This document shows, in pieces, positions 62,261-64,000 of a DNA stretch of 64,000 nucleotides; within the stretch, counting starts at the first letter, position 1, and each line of letters starts with the position of its first letter. Below the pieces are notes generated by a model. It did no database searches. It saw only the letters and a program-made list of their open reading frames with translations, and was not told where the DNA came from. The DNA comes from Mobula hypostoma (lineage: Eukaryota): the NCBI RefSeq assembly GCF_963921235.1, contig NC_086108.1, positions 4,216,001 through 4,280,000 on the forward strand, read 5' to 3'. Made by a program: the position numbers and the translations under genes.

Positions 62261-62635
62261 AAGGTTTTATTGAAACCTACTGAAAGACCTGGACAGAGTA
62301 GGCATGGAGAAAAGATTTCCATTGGGAGGAGAGTCTAGGATCTGAGGGCACAATCCACTGGCAGGTGAGACTGGAACTGAGCGACATGGTGTTGAGATTG
62401 GGGGGAGTAGGTTTAGGATGGAGATAAGGAGGAACTGCTTTTCCCAGAGTAATCAGTCCATGGAACTCTCCATCCAGGGAAGCTGGACAGTCCTCGCAGT
62501 GGGTTGTGTACAAAGCTAGGTAGGCAGTTAGAAACACCTTCTCAAAAATCAGAGAGTCAGAAGCTTCCTTCAGAGTTTTTAAATGAGAAAACTTTGTGAA
62601 AAGATACTTTTTCAAGAGCAAATGCCTCCAAAAGA

Positions 62636-63085
62636 ACCATTACCTTGTCTTTGGGTTTGGAGTCTTGTGTGCCTCAATGACCCAGAGCACTATGTTGGCT
62701 GGAGTCGGGGCCTTGTGCTTTGGCTCTTGGTAGGGTCACCCATGCCAAACAGGTCAAAGGGTAGAGGCCAGACTCAGAGTGCTCACCTGTCCTCCAAGTT
62801 CGAGGGTTCAGCTCAGGGCCAACAACCCTGACTGGTCAAACAAAAACAATTGTTGCAGAAACAGCAACGAAGAATCCTGTATCTGCATGTGACAGTATTC
62901 CTGAATCTCTTCCCAGGATATGCATGACTGACAATAGAGAAAACCGAGAGGAAGCTACTGGCGTGATGAAAGAAGGCCTGAACACCAGCCCTAAACTACA
63001 TGGGTCACAATAAAGATGGCCAAGGCCGGACAGAGATGGAGGGCAGTCGTTTCTGCCCTGAACACCAACAGTGTAGCAGGCAGTT
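62636..63085 (+). mobile_element. Probable non-autonomous RTE (Rex3/Expander-like) derivative: 5' UTR joined to 3' end
   Basis: GGTAGGGTCACCCATGCCAAACAGGTC...GGCCAGACT resembles a Rex3-type 5' UTR; 3' part reads like an RTE C-terminus (A..RQRWRAVVSAL). Confidence 0.5.
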
Positions 63086-63464
63086 ATTAAAGGGCAAATG
63101 AGTGAATAGAGATGGATGTCTTTCTACTGTGTCTGCTTCAAGTCGAAATCTGAATTAACCTGCGCAGGAAATGATGTAAAAAAAACAGCTTTCGAACAGA
63201 AAATGATGTTGGTACAAAACAAACAGCTGCCTCTAGGGGCAGAACAAAAGCAGTGGAGGTTACCTCATTAAATATATTCAAAAGTTAGTCAGATTTGTTT
63301 TTTTTTTGCATACAAGGGGAATTGAGGGTTTTGAGGAAGGTGGGGCTGGGTCCATGGACAGATCAGCTATGACCTTATTGAATGGCAGGAGAAGGACAAG
63401 ATGGCTGAATCCTGCACCTGTTTCGTCTGTTCACAGCCTCAGAAGAAAAGAATGGCCTTTTCTC

Positions 63465-64000
63465 ACTGGTCGCCCCGCTATAGGAAGGATGTTGAGGCTT
63501 TGCTGAGGGTCCAGAAGAGGTTTACCAGGAGGCTGCCTGGTTTGGAGGGCATGTGCTATCACGAGAGGCTGGATAAACTTGGGTTGTTTTCTCTGGAGCA
63601 GCAGAGGCTGTGGGGAGATCTGATAGAGGTTTATACGATTACGAGAGGCAGATCGAGTGGACAGAGAGTATCTCTCTCCCAAGGTTGACATATCTAATAC
63701 CAGAGGGCATGCATTGAGGGTGAGAGGGGATAGGTTGAAGGAGGATGTGAGGAGTAAGTTTTTTACTCAGTGAGTGGTGGATGCCTGGAATGTGCTGCCT
63801 GGTCTGGTGGTAGAGGCAAATACATTAGAGGCTTTTAAGAGACATTTCGATAGGAACGTGAATGTGAGGAAGATGGAGGGATAGGGACATGGTGTAGGGA
63901 GGAGGGATTGGTGTTTGGGTGTTTTATATTTTACCTGTTTTGGCACAACATTGTGGGCCGAATGGCCTGTTCCTGGGCTGTACTCTTCTATGTTCTATGA
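63465..64000 (+). mobile_element. CR1 LINE 3' end
   Basis: WSPRYRKDVEALLRVQKRFTRRLPG (ORF 63401); tail ttctatgttctatg. Confidence 0.88.

Overview
Repeat-rich vertebrate genomic DNA, most likely from a cartilaginous fish (inferred from HE1/V-SINE-like SINEs plus abundant CR1, Rex/Babar, RTE and Penelope-like elements). It is not prokaryotic, and nearly all long ORFs in the track are artefacts of repeats. The only host gene is a + strand Numb-family gene, best called NUMBL. Five GT-AG coding exons (15879-16004, 28506-28580, 36163-36237, 50875-51015, 52847-53051) encode the N-terminus and the whole PTB domain; the gene continues past the window. The introns and upstream DNA are a nested mosaic of decayed LINEs, SINEs, hAT and mariner elements and a solo LTR. 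Main points of interest: (1) Penelope-like (GIY-YIG) elements carrying minimal hammerhead ribozyme motifs, three with intact cores, often inserted in inverted configuration with 13-14 bp TSDs; (2) repeated conversion of retroelement fragments into minisatellites, including one 95-bp unit with an identical novel junction amplified inside three different LINE copies; (3) multi-level transposon nests; (4) CCAAT-box clusters inside NUMBL introns.
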